DNA of 48,630 bases from positions 8,346,657 through 8,395,286 of the forward strand of contig OZ199840.1 of assembly GCA_964304625.1 (NCBI GenBank), in the 5' to 3' direction. Source of the stretch: Kudoa neothunni (taxonomy: Eukaryota > Animalia > Cnidaria). The translations under genes and the position numbers were made by a program. Shown piece after piece: positions 37,622-48,630 of the stretch (position 1 is its first letter; each line of letters begins with the position of its first letter). Under the pieces are notes generated by a model, which ran no database searches, was not told where the DNA came from, and was given only the letters and a program-made list of their open reading frames with translations.

Positions 37622-40600
37622 GCTAACTTAGATTATACTCTATTATCTGGCGTTGAGTGCTTATTTAATGATATCAATTATATTTGTGACTCTAAACGGT
37701 ATAACTCTGAATTGCAATCAAATACACGTTCCAAATAGTACAAAGATACTACAATTGGCGTCAAATCAAAAATGGAATATGATTCTCATTATTTGTGGAT
37801 ACATAATGAATAGATCTTTAAATCTTTGAAAATATTGAAAAGAACCAACGGATACATTTCTATAATCACCTATTTCCAACCTACTGTTAAAATCGTAATG
37901 TTATGGTTTTTATTGACGAACAATATAATTGATGAATTAATTATATGAAACGAAGCTTTAAAAATAGAATACTTCTTGAATTAAACCAACTATACATTAG
38001 GTGTTATACAAGAGTGATTATACTATTCGATCAATCCGAATTGAATAAAACATTATTGCGAATCTATGGTACGATGATGAAAAGGTTTTCTTGTAAATAT
38101 ATAATATTTATATGTAGATAGAATTCTTTTTATTGCATGTTTAACGATAAAATTTTTCGTCTTGAAAGATTTCTATGACTTTAAAACCATTTGAGTCATC
38201 CTTTTTTAAAATTATTATATATCTGTGGACGATCGAATGGATTATTCTCCTCCGTGTTTAATTTATTCACTATAATTGACCCCATTTTCACTTCAAATTA
38301 ATTGGAACATATTCTTTCTAGTAAGTTAATTAGAGAATAGATCAATAGTTGAACTGATTATGATTGTATTATTCGATAAATTTAAGAACGAGAAATAAAC
38401 TTCCAATAATTTAATATGGTAAAACACTTTACATATATAATTTATTTCCAAAGAATATTAATTGATTTTTTAACTCTTTCATCCATAATTTTCATTTAAA
38501 ATCTAATGATTTTTACCTATTTCAAAACGAATTAAAAATAATTTGAGTTAATTATAACACTCGAATACGCGTTCAAAAATTAAAAGGACGCTATTTTAAA
38601 CAATGTAATTTACTTTTAGGAATAATCATATTTTATTCCAAAAAAAACTTTTTTAGAATATCCATTTAAACGCACGTGCGTGAGAAATCAAACTCAATTA
38701 TTTTTTGTAAATATACTAATTAACATTTATTTTTTTGAAAAATTATTTTAAAAGTACATTTTTATGTATATTTTACAATTTTAGATATCCTATCCATCAT
38801 TGGATTGAAATCATTCAATCCATTTAGGTCTTAAGTCATAACGTGTCAGCTTATTTCTGAGATAGTATTATTCAGTTTCTCCGAGATAAATACATTATTG
38901 ATGTGGTAATTTCACATGTTTTCCATGATCTAACTGATTAATAATGATATAATCACCTTGTTAGATTTATTAAAACTTTAAAAATGGCGAATTAAAGGAA
39001 AACTTGATCGTCTTTATGTATCTAGAAAGGTGTTCCGTCTGAATTAATTTTCGATAAATTTTTCCTTTAAACCTAGTTTTGTGAATTCAATTATAAACAG
39101 ATTTGGATTTACCAAGGTTTGGTTTGGTAAGACACAGCAAAAGATACACGTAAGAACCACGACATATATGGGCGCGCGAGTATTTAGAATGAAGTTGTTG
39201 TTTTATGCTTATTTTAATTTTAAAATTTGTGATTCCATCTGATATAATTATTTATCTTTATATTCATTTTTATTTTTTAACGATGATGCAATTAGATACT
39301 ATCACAGTTGAAGAAAGTAATAAAATATTTGTATAAAAAACGTTTTTAAAAATTTTAATTTATAATTTTGGAATAAAAAAAATGTTAATTAAATCCGAAA
39401 CATGCAAGTTGTTCCAATATATTATTCGCTTGTTATTACTTATCATTTATAATTATAGGCATTTGTCGGTATTTAAAAATAATTTCGCTTACAATACTAA
39501 AATTATAGAATTTTTACAATTAAACATCATTTTCAATAATCAATAATGATGCTTTAGTTTATAAATTTTTTTAGCGGTTTTCTCTAGCTAAATTTAGAAG
39601 GTATTTAATCAATAATGGAATATTTTTACCATCGGATTTTTAAAACCATCGTTTCCCACATAATAATTATATAAATTTATACGTCATTTATAAAAAAAAT
39701 ATAACACCTATAGTAAACATTTTTTTAAATTATGGACTTAATTAACTTTTGCAAAATTACTTATTTTAATCATAATGACTAGTCAACCCACACACAGTAT
39801 AATGTCTCAATGTAACTTTTCTGTTTATTTGTTTATAATTTGATTTATTGATGAAAATTTTATACTAAACTTTACATAAAGTTAAAATATTATAGATTTC
39901 AGGAATAGAAAATAAATTATTTCTTTGCAGAGAAGCAAAATTACATGACCTTGTACAATTATAACAAAATCGTTCGTCTCTTATAATAATAATAATATTC
40001 TTTTTTTATACGTAAAGATTTATTTAAATATCAAAAACATCAATATAACGTTAGTGTGCACTTTTAGGAGAATTTAAAATGGAACAAGATAAAAATTCCG
40101 TTCCATGTAACTGTTAGATTGCGCAGACATAAAACAAAACATAATGATGTTTCGAGAGTAATGTAGTGTTTGATTATTTTCAAACATGTTATACGTGCCA
40201 ATTATTTGTTTACTACATCATTTTAATATTTTACGTAAGATATAATGAGTGAGATCATCCATCCGAACCATAATATACGTTTCTTGTGAATTTTAGAGAG
40301 TAGATATTTTATTTTATTATTAAACAATAAATATTCATTTCAATTGATTTATTAAACGAAAAAAAGTGAAATTTTGTTATAATTGATTGTCGATGGTCGG
40401 ATTCCTCCTAGATTCTATCGGATCATGTATATTTGATTTATCATCAATTTGATCACTAATATTAGGCTCTCGGAGATACATGTATAAAAGAAACCAATTT
40501 GTATTTAGTAATAAGTTCACAGTTTTTACAACAAATATTTAAATGCCATCCTCATTGTTATCATTACCCATTTGCCGTAGTTACATTATTGACATTAAAT

Positions 40601-42573
40601 GTAATAAAAATACTCTCTACGTTGCTTCAAAAAATTTTTTAAATTTGATCAGCATTTAAAACTCCTTCTTAATGGAGAAATTTATACTATATTTTTATCA
40701 TCAATTTTATGAAAAATATTAGTTGATTGAACCCTAAAACAATCTAATAATGAAAGCCAACAAAACAAGTTACCAAAATAATTTTGTTGGTATATGTACA
40801 ATGACCACACATATAATCTAAAATCAACGAATCTAATCTACTCATATTTAAAGAACAACATGCAATCCTGTAATAAAGCAAAGATACTAACAAGTTAATG
40901 CATGTGGATAAAATTTATAATCATAAAATATTCCTGTTTTTCTGCGTTGGCTATGAATTCAATTTTAACAATTTAATAAATTAACCCTGAATAATTTTTA
41001 TTAATATAGATATTGAAAAAAGTTGATTTCAACATAATAATCATCAAATAATGACAATACACTTGGATTTTGAGATATTATTAAATTTAATGGTGACTAA
41101 AATTAGAGCGTAATATCTACCTACGTAATAATCGTTATTGACTGTAATTTTCTGTAGTAAAACATATTCATTAGTATATTTTTAGTTTTTTAATTTAAAA
41201 AAGTTATACAAGGATTATTTTCATTATTCATAATTGTTTAGTATATCTACATCTTGAGAACAAATATATATACTAAAACTCAATCTGTTGTATCATTTGT
41301 CAAAACCTTCACCTTTAAATATTTTTATATATAAAATATAAATCTATTCTACTTCTTTTTAAAAGTTTTTGTTTTAAATATTTTTAGACATAGAAAAACT
41401 TTGAAAATGAGAAATTAACATCTAATCGGTTCGCAAGCGAAAAAAAATTGATCGATGTAAGCATATTGATTATATTAAACCATTATTTATAATTTAGATA
41501 AAAAATCAATTTTCGATGTCTTTTTAAAGACAGCGCAGAATTTTGTTGAATATTCATTTTTCCTGGAATTTGGTGATAATGATTGATAAAAATCAATTTG
41601 GTATTTTAATTTTTACATCTTTGTAATTATTTTTTACATATTATATTATCTTGAAAAAACAAACAACAAATTTAGACATTGAACGGTTAATATTATTTCA
41701 TATTATTTAGCAACATTAAACTTTAAAAATATTTATAAAATATTAAGAAAAAATATTTATGTGACTTATGAGGATATAAAAATTAGAAAATAAATCAAAA
41801 TTAAAGCAACTAGTTGACTGGAATAATCCATATACGATCGTTTTAATTTCGTAGTAATTAATAAATTCCTATTAGAATATTTCTAAAAGTTGAATTATTA
41901 ATTTAATTGATTCTACTCTATTAGTTAGACTTCTGATAATTATGGGATGCAACTTATTATGTGTATGATAAAAAAAATTTCCCAAAATTAAGTATTTTAT
42001 AGGGAATTAACTTTAAATTGTAATAGTTATTTGCGATTAAAATATTCAATAAATATAAAATTCATTCAACAATTTTTCCTCTTTAAACTTCATATATAAT
42101 GTTATATTAGTTTAAAAACAACTCCTTATGTGCTATAATATTTCTAAATTGGTATCCAATGAAAACCTAAGAAACGATGGATTAAATGCGATATTGTTCT
42201 AAAAAAATATTTTGTTATTTAGTTTTAATCATAATTTAATGAGTACAAACTAAAAAAGAATTCAATAACATAATTTCTATAAAATTTAGGAGAGAATTTT
42301 CACTCTATTTATATATAAAAAAATATATAAACAATTTCTAAATATAAATAGCATTTATTTTGAAAAATTTATACTTAAGGTTTAAATTTTTTAAAATTGA
42401 GTTAAAAAAGATACATTATAGATGTTAAAATAATTTTCAGTTGGTTATCTCGAGTGAGAGTATTTAAAAAATGGCCCCCACACAGAGTTATTTCCATAAA
42501 AATAAAATAACGCAAAAATCTATACCTCACAATTAAGCACACTGGAATAAATTAAAATAATAAACAAATGTGG

Positions 42574-45500
42574 TTAGAAATTTTTCAAAAGATAAGCATG
42601 AACAACACTAAAAAGTTCTTTATAGGGGATATGAAGATATTTTTGCCAAAAGCGTGTATCATTCGCAAAGACAGATCTCGGAAATAGCGGTGTGTCAATT
42701 GCATGAAAAATATTTGTGATGGACCTTGCGTTGAATTTTCTGTCATCGTACACACCGACAAGGTTGGTAACAGAATCCATAATTTTTGAAATGGTTTGTG
42801 GATCAGTTGGTTCTCTAACAAATTGGGAGGCAATCCCATCACGATTAGATAAAAATTCCTCTCTAAAAAAAACTCACCTATAAATTTCTATTTGATATTT
42901 GGATGCAACATTCTCATCAAACCATTGCTTAAATAATTCCACACTGTTGCAAGTGAAATAGGTAGTAGCGCATTGAATAAAAAGGGAATTCGCCTGTTTT
43001 GGATCACATATTTTGGACATAGAATGCAGCAGCTGAATTAGCGACAGCCTAGAGATTATTTGTTCTTTCTCGTACAATTTAACGTGATTAGACAGATATT
43101 CAGTAAGTTGATCTTTCGCATCCGAATTCAAATCTTCAGCCGCTTCTATGATCACACCGTGATCTATAAACTTGAAAGAAATATGGCGTTGTTTGGCGAG
43201 TGTTTTGAAAATCTGTTTTACCACTTTCGAATAGCTCTGATCAGTCGAATTCAAATAATATTTACAATACAAACCAATAATATCCAACTCGAGAGCATTT
43301 TCTTCAGTATTAGACTAAATCGTATCCAATCCAATATAAAAATACAAAATGACAACACATTAATACTTTAGTAGACTCGCTTAGAAGGCACTTTAAAAAT
43401 GGCTCACCTTGACACAATTCTAAGACATGCTCAGCACTGTTGTATATTTGGAGTTGAAGACGAGTGGGTTTATTGAAACCAATAAGTTGAGGGGGGATAC
43501 AATTACGTTCAATGAAAAATCCCCTCATCACATAAAATATGGTAAGAATGGTGGTTTCAGTTTGATTACATTCCTGAACGATTCTATCCAAATCCAGCTG
43601 AAATAATACTCTAGAAGAGGTGGAGGAATTAGGTTGGGGAGGAAAAAAACTCTGAACAATTTTCTGGAGTGCCAGCTTATCAACGCTTTGTGAGTACACA
43701 TGTTTGAGCACTTCGTTTATGTCTTTCAACTAATGACAACAATCAACAAACGTATTATATTACACAACAAAATCAATGAGAATTAGTTGCAGTCACTCAC
43801 ACTAGTGAAATCAGATATCACGTAAGAATATGCAGGTAGATGATCACGTCCCGCTCGACCAACCTCTTGCACAAACGATTCAAAACACAATGGATAATCG
43901 TAGTGAACAATCACACGAACATTGCGTTTATCCAGTCCCATTCCAAAGGCTGATGTAGCGACCACAATTTTCGTTTTATTCCGCATGAAACGATTCTGTA
44001 CAGCTGTTCTAGCTCGTTTGGTCATTCCTGCATGGTAGTGGTCGATTCTAAATAAATAAACTAATGATCCGGCGTAATCCAAAGAAAAATTTTACATTAA
44101 ATCCTTGTTTTGTAATTGATTTTCACCTTGCGTGAATGAAACGAGAGATGTACGCAAATACGATGCGACACTTTCAGTGGTATCTCTTCTTCCACAATAG
44201 ACAATAAGGTTTCCATAGTTAGACTCAGTGACCATATCTGGTAAATAGTTATTTATGACAGTCAACAACTCCTTTAGAACGTATGTAAAGAAAATGTTGA
44301 ATCAAAATTATCGAATTAGCAACCTTATTTTTATTGTCAGTATTAATCACATTGAAGTTGATATTCGTTGGAATATTGAAAGTGTTTGAAGTGCTGCTGA
44401 TTTTGGTGGTTGTTTGTTGACAATTGTCGAGCAGTGTAAAATTCAAATGGTTCAATATATCGTTGACAGCAGGAAGTGTGGCTGTAGCAGTAACACCCAA
44501 AAAACAACTTACACCTCGCTCTTTTTTTATCAACTAAATGGATCAACCCATCACCGTCAACTCACACTCCAAATGGTGTAATACCTCACAAATAAAAAGA
44601 TAGGCCGGCCGGAAATTATGCGAATATTTCGATAAACAATGCGCCTCATCAATACACACAAACGAAATCGAAGGAATGAGCTCAAGAATGCGTGACGATG
44701 ACATCAACGATTCGGGGGAAACATACAACAAATCGTACATCCCGTCCGCCACATTCTTATATATCACTTGCTTCACATTATCATCCATGTAATGATTAAT
44801 ATATGCACCTCTTATACAGCTAGGCAACGAGCTGACCTATCATAAAACAGTAAGTCAGATTAGAATGGATAAAGTTGTGGAGAACGATGGAACCACTCAC
44901 TTGATCCTCCATCAACGATATCAAGGGCGAAATCACCAATGTTGTTGATTGAAAATGTTGATGATAGAGCATCGCAGGCAGTTGATAACACAATGATTTC
45001 CCAGATCCAGTCTCTTGGACCAACAAAGTTGAATTACCATTCAACACTTTCAGACATGTTTCTTTTTGTTGGGTTCTGAATGCACCGTAACCAAACTTCT
45101 TTAAACCAACGTCTAATAGTGATTCTAAACTTGCTTGGTCCCAATCGCTAAAATTTGAACAACCAGCAGTTGTGTTGGTTTCTTTGTTGATTAACGGTGG
45201 CATGTTTTCATCCTCATCGTTACTCCCCTTTAAACCTATTAATATGTTAATAGAATATAGTATACTTAGAAATTATAAAAATATAGTGTAGCTAAAAATT
45301 AATAAAAATCAGCGCACATGAAATCATCTCGTCGTAAGATAAGGGTTCGTATCCATCTGCCGAATTGTCATGATTGTCATTAAAAGAATCGACCGCGTCA
45401 AGATAATCTTGTGATTTGAATATTTTGGACTTCACTGTAGATGAGGTGGGCCCATCTCCATGGAAGGAATCCATCTTTTTTCGCTTCCAAAAGTTTCTTC

Positions 45501-46434
45501 TTTTCTGCTTTGTATAGTGAATATGGGTGAATTTGGATTTGTGGTGATATTTCTTATATTGGAGGTTCAGTCTTACAAAATTTTCAGTATTTAAATTTTT
45601 AGTAGTAACGCCAGAAGATTTTTCTGGAGTAGTTGTAGTTGGTAGGGAGAGAAGCGCTGAATGGGTATCCTCAGATTCTTCCTCTGAGTACGAATCTGAA
45701 TGCCCCATTTGCTGTTCTACAGTAGCGTCATCATGAACAATCGATGGGTTATTTAACACTAAATCCAATCATAAGGATCACTTATAGTTTAACTACTCTC
45801 GACAATTTGTCCCTCATCAAGCGGGCTACTATTTTCCGCATTCTCTGAGGTAGTTAAATGACGATTGCTTCTTTTTTTGACGATGGGATTTTGTCGTTTG
45901 GTATCTTTGAGTGAGATTTTAGCACAGTGCCAATCTTTTAATTTTGAACTCAAACTGTGCTCTTTCCCGCCATCATCGGTGGTTGGGGCCGGACTGGAGT
46001 TTTTGACCGGAGTTTTTTTCGAAGAACCTGCTATTGAAGATCTTATGATAGATGATAATCTGTAGAGATCGCATGTGTTCTGTGGTGCCCTTAAGATTTA
46101 AAATGGTAAAATACAGCCGATGATGGCATGAGATTACGATTTGATGCTTGAGGATGATAGCTCTGAATTTTTCAAACACTTCAGCTTGTAGTAATCTTTA
46201 TACATTGCTATTATGTCGCAATTTAATTTAATTAAAAGTCACAGTAGTCTATTGATCACTCACTTTGGATTTTAAAATCTGTTTTCTTGAGATCATCCTA
46301 CATCAGTAGCACTGATCAGTAAAAACATAAACACTAACGCAACAAACCTTTGTAGGTTTTCTTTGATGAAACTTTTCGAAACATGATTCCCAATGTTTTA
46401 ACTCATACTTAAGACGCTCCAATTCGCCATTCAT
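42574..46434 (-). CDS. RECQL4: ATP-dependent DNA helicase RecQ4
   Basis: Sld2-like N-terminus (LKYELKHWESCFEKFHQRKPTK|DD), then NFVRLNL. Helicase motifs TGSGKSLCYQ, VISPLISLMEDQ, IDEAHCLSKYSHNFRP, TATAT, YHAG, VATSAFGMGLD and QEVGRAGRD. RecQ4-specific C-terminus ARSITNIFHAIDTPLFP...RFW. All exons splice in phase. Confidence 0.95.
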
Positions 46435-47193
46435 TCCCAGCAACGAGCGGTGTGTGAAATAGCTCAAAATAAAGATAATTCCCGGAACCATAGAGATTAT
46501 TTATTCTATATTGTTCATTATCTAAAAACTTCCTATCTGATTCCTATTGTTAAACTTTCCAAACTTGTGTACATTGAATATTTGACAATTTGATTTTTTA
46601 TGTTATTGGTATTTATTACATGTGATTGAATTTAGAAACATTTATAAAAATTATGTATTAACGGAAACTCATATCAGCTTGAAATTTTTTTACGAATAAC
46701 AGGAGAAATATCGAAAATATTATCTCGCGCCAACTTAATCGTAATGTTTCAAGGATAGTCGGCATTCTTTGTGGAAATTCTCTCGGGAACCTCTCAATAA
46801 TTGTTAAACGATATTATTACATTAGCAGATGTATTCAGTCGCCAAAATAAGAACTAAATTTATAGCCATATTCGTATTAATTATTTATCAATGAAATGAT
46901 GGTCTAGTTCAGCGGTTAATAGTTACAGATAGTCGCTATGCGTGATTTCTCACAATTCCAATAATGATAAGATTATTATATATCTAAATAATGAAATTCT
47001 TTTTTATCTGATTTGGCAAATAGTGTTGAATTTTTTGAGGGAAACAAGATAGATTCCATCTTAATCCTTATAATGTTCCTCAAAGGACTTAGAATTGCGT
47101 TATTATTTTTATATTATACATATTATTTTATATAAAGGCTTGTAAGAAACTTTCTATAGGTATTAATCTGTTAAAAATGTTGGAAAATAAATA

Positions 47194-47838
47194 CAGTAAT
47201 GGACCGGTCGTGTGTACATTAGTTTTTTTACATATTAAAAGGTTCGCTCGTATTTAAAATGATTTAACAAATGATTTAATGTTATTATTACTCGCTTTAA
47301 ATAACTTGTAAGAATAATTAGTACGAAAAAACGAAAAATAAAAAGTCACGTGAAGATCGGTCTTACGTACCTTCTTGCTTTGACCGTGTGATTAAATTAA
47401 GCGTCTTCTTTCTTTCTTTACCACGATTAAACAGTTAGTAAGTTTTTGTAACTACATAAATGCGGTAGCTTGTTAAAAAATGAAGGATAAACATAGACAC
47501 ATGTTGTAGATACATAGTAGTGTGGTTTATAATGATGTCCTCTCTAATTCATTGAAATAACGATGACGCAATGACAGTTCCACTCCAATAATTCAGAAAT
47601 GGATGATTATTTTATTAAAAAAAGTGAGTCATTCAGAGATGGCCTTATTTTATTTTGAAGGGCTTGGCAGTTATTTAAAAAAAAAATAATTGTGTTTTCA
47701 TTAAAATTTAAGTTATAGTTAGTTTTGTGTTTTATTTTTGTGCGCTTGCGCAAAAAAAAAGTACATATCCGGCCGGGACCGGTAATACGTACAATTTACT
47801 CATCCCCCCCAAAATTACGTACGACCGACCCATTACTG
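47194..47838 (+). mobile_element. pogo/Tigger-type non-autonomous element, family A copy 2
   Basis: ta|cagtaatggaccggtcgt ... acgaccgacccattactg|ta TIRs. The interior (47422-47578) aligns by eye with the reverse complement of 7940-8095. Confidence 0.75.
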
Positions 47839-48230
47839 TAATATTTATTGCGCATTAAAATTAGGATAAAAACTTTCAGAATAAGCTGATATTACACATT
47901 TTATTTTATCGGACTTTTTACAATTTACACTTTAGGAAACTCTTATACATTAATATGCACAAGTACATTTATCTAAATTTAATAAATATAAATTGAATGA
48001 AAAGTGTTAATTTCAAGGGTGTAAACCATAACGTTATAGTTTCTCCATCAATATCTTAATTAGTATTAGTTATATCGTAATTTTTTGTTCATCTTTAATT
48101 TGTCTAAATAACATTTAGCTATTAGAGTTACAATTTGTACATTATATTATAATAATATTTATCACAGAGTGTAAAATAATTATACTACTAAAAATAAGTC
48201 AATTCAAATAAGCCAAATTAATAAGGCAGT

Positions 48231-48630
48231 GGCTATTACCACGGATCCGTGTAATCCCCACCTTCGGCACATGCTATTACCACGGGAATCAATCTCTCTG
48301 CAATTGTTATCTCTATTAAATAACTAATTTCACATTACTATTATTTATATTTTTCTCTACTAAATTATGAAAAATAGAGAAATTTGAGATGGTTGTAAAT
48401 TTATGTAAAATAGACGACCAGAAACATAAATGTTAGCGAATTTAATAGACTAAAATAATATTAACGTTGAATTAATTATAAATATTAATCATTTCTAAAT
48501 TATTGCTTTGAGCCATGCAGTGTAAACATAACTCCACGTGTTTCACGAGTTTGGTTGAACTACAATGAGTGATTCGAATTCAGACAATTTTCATGTTGGA
48601 ATGAAATTTGAAACTTTTGAAAGTTTAAAA
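48231..48630 (+). mobile_element. Possible left end of a Mutator/MULE element, with the transposase start running off the window
   Basis: A G-initial terminal segment carries the direct repeat gctattaccacgg twice. The ORF from 48565, MSDSNSDNFHVGMKFETFESLK..., resembles the F-x-V-G-x-x-F-x-[ST]-F start of FAR1/MULE/ZSWIM3-type proteins. Confidence 0.4.

Noticed and set aside
1297-46065. Numerous short antisense or overlapping ORFs in the track (for example 1297..1548, 5218..5406, 10761..11117, 25160..25354, 43060..43371, 45865..46065)
   Set aside because: They are shadows of real exons on the opposite strand or low-complexity AT-rich ORFs with no independent support.
1111-46434. Alternative genetic code or systematic stop read-through as the cause of ORF fragmentation
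   Set aside because: The fully traced genes splice into stop-free ORFs under the standard code with canonical GT-AG introns. The only exception is the single ARCN1 indel.

Overview
This is AT-rich (by eye roughly a quarter GC) eukaryotic DNA, almost certainly from an animal because it encodes an integrin alpha. It has many very short GT-AG introns (mostly about 39-60 nt), which suggests a compact, fast-evolving and possibly parasitic lineage; the taxon cannot be fixed from the sequence alone. The ORF track is fragmented because the genes are spliced, so I rebuilt exon chains by hand from splice sites and reading phase. Genes: (1) an orphan ~836-aa type-I surface protein with about 7 Cys-rich FN3-like repeats; (2) ZNHIT2; (3) a MED21-like gene; (4) a very divergent integrin alpha lacking GFFKR; (5) coatomer delta (ARCN1), with two TE-inflated introns and an apparent +1 frameshift; (6-7) two tandem PLP-dependent threonine/serine dehydratase paralogs with C-terminal ACT domains; (8) RECQL4. 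Intergenic and intronic DNA is full of decayed DNA transposons (piggyBac, Tigger/pogo, hAT, possibly Helitron and MULE). The best candidate for new biology is the dehydratase pair: one intact copy carries the racemase-type Ser (SSG instead of SAG) plus three other PLP-site changes, which suggests an independently evolving D-amino-acid racemase or another neofunctionalised enzyme.
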